A DNA stretch of 64,000 nt from the human T2T-CHM13v2.0 reference genome, Homo sapiens, in assembly GCF_009914755.1 (NCBI RefSeq), contig NC_060935.1; one strand, given 5' to 3'. Positions 62,931-64,000 of the stretch are shown one piece after another (position 1 is the stretch's first letter; each line of letters opens with the position of its first letter). The position numbers and the translations under genes are program-made. The notes under the pieces are model-generated. The model was not told the origin of the DNA and searched no databases. It worked only from the letters and a program-made list of their open reading frames with translations.

Positions 62931-63679
62931 ATTAGTTTTAAGAGGAAAAAATTGTGTTCTGTTGTAAAAAGTTATTGCCTTAATCTATTTTATATTTTAA
63001 AGGAAAAAAGTAACTTACATTGTATTAGTCTGAAATCCCGATTTCAAATGAAGATATGATAAGACCCAGAAATATGACTTTCTTTCGGGAGAGAATCTCT
63101 AAATGAAAAAAATCATATGAGATCAGGCTTTATATGTACCATCAAAATCCTAATTAAATCAGCCCTAATCCAATCACAACTCTAATCCAACTCTCTCCAT
63201 CTCTTCCAGTTGAATCACTGTCTCCAATTCTACTAAACTCTCATTTACCAAGTTATTGGCCCACAAAATGTGAACATTTTGCTTAAAAATGTTTCTTTGT
63301 GGCTTTTAAATAGGAATACGAAAAAAAAAATGCCCACATGTCAGAAATTACATTTTAAAATAAAGTAACATAAATAATGAAATCTACTTCAAATTTTTAA
63401 CCTGAAAATGACACATTTTCTAATATAAAAAACTAGTGCTTTCTTTGATGTTTTGACAAGTGAGAATATAAAAATAAAGTGTCTAGCCCTCTACCAACAA
63501 AATCTTGATTTTAAATGAAGACATTCTAGGGCTTAGAGAGATTATTTCCTGGAGACAGCCTCCAAATGAAATATCATTTGCTGATGGTCCAGACTGGGTT
63601 ACTGGATAATGTCATAAGTTACTCACCTCTCATCTAATCTAATCACATAAATACCTCACCAGCTGACCAGTGTACTACT

Positions 63680-64000
63680 GCGAAGACAATTAAAATCAAA
63701 CATATTAAAAATAGTTAAAACTAAAAAACTAAAATGTAGAAAATAGAGATAGAAAAAGACATGCCAGGCAAATTCTAATTTAAAAACCTTGATGTAGCAA
63801 TGTTAGTTAGCAAAAGTATTCTTAGGTTGAATAACATTAATAGGGACAAAGAAGTGCATGTATTATATTACGAAGAAAAATCCACTAGGAAAATTACTAT
63901 CGGACATGTATGCAGCTAATGACATAACTTGAGAAAATATGAAGCAAAAGTAAGAAAAAGTGACAAATCTAAAATCATGGTGGGAATTTTTTTAAGATAA
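63680..64000 (+). mobile_element. Old L1 endonuclease-region fragment; continues past the window
   Basis: A-rich; aaaatatgaagcaaaa...aaatctaaaatcatggtgggaattt resembles the region encoding the IIVGDFN motif. Confidence 0.5.

Overview
Primate genomic DNA, human or very close to it, matching the CWC15/KDM4D locus. The identification comes from recognising the sequence and was not confirmed by a database search. The only intact protein-coding gene is the spliceosomal NTC/PRP19-complex factor CWC15 on the minus strand. It has 6 coding exons (57207->48390) that splice by GT-AG rules into an uninterrupted 229-aa ORF, plus a non-coding exon 1 in a CpG island. That island is a bidirectional promoter which also appears to drive KDM4D on the plus strand; only its two non-coding 5' exons fall in the window. 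Bases 1-~560 look like the 3'UTR and A-tail end of an ST13 processed pseudogene. Bases ~0.6-47.5 kb are intergenic and dominated by transposon relics: Alu, MIR, L1, L2, LTRs, DNA-transposon MITEs and a near full-length Tigger2. Nearly all other ORFs in the track are repeat-derived noise. I found no CRISPR array or novel multi-gene system. The most interesting signals are: (i) four short local copy-paste (templated-insertion-like) duplications, one carrying a Tigger2-Alu junction and one joined through a perfect 22-bp palindrome; (ii) an L2-derived KDM4D exon in which the L2 poly(A)-signal position has become a GTAAGT donor; (iii) a CCAAT/MYB/CHR cassette at the KDM4D side of the promoter; (iv) chained uORFs and splice-site-adjacent UG repeats in CWC15; (v) a 35-bp/70-bp higher-order minisatellite in CWC15 intron 6. 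Repeat subfamily names are by-eye matches to remembered consensus sequences and need RepeatMasker/Dfam confirmation.
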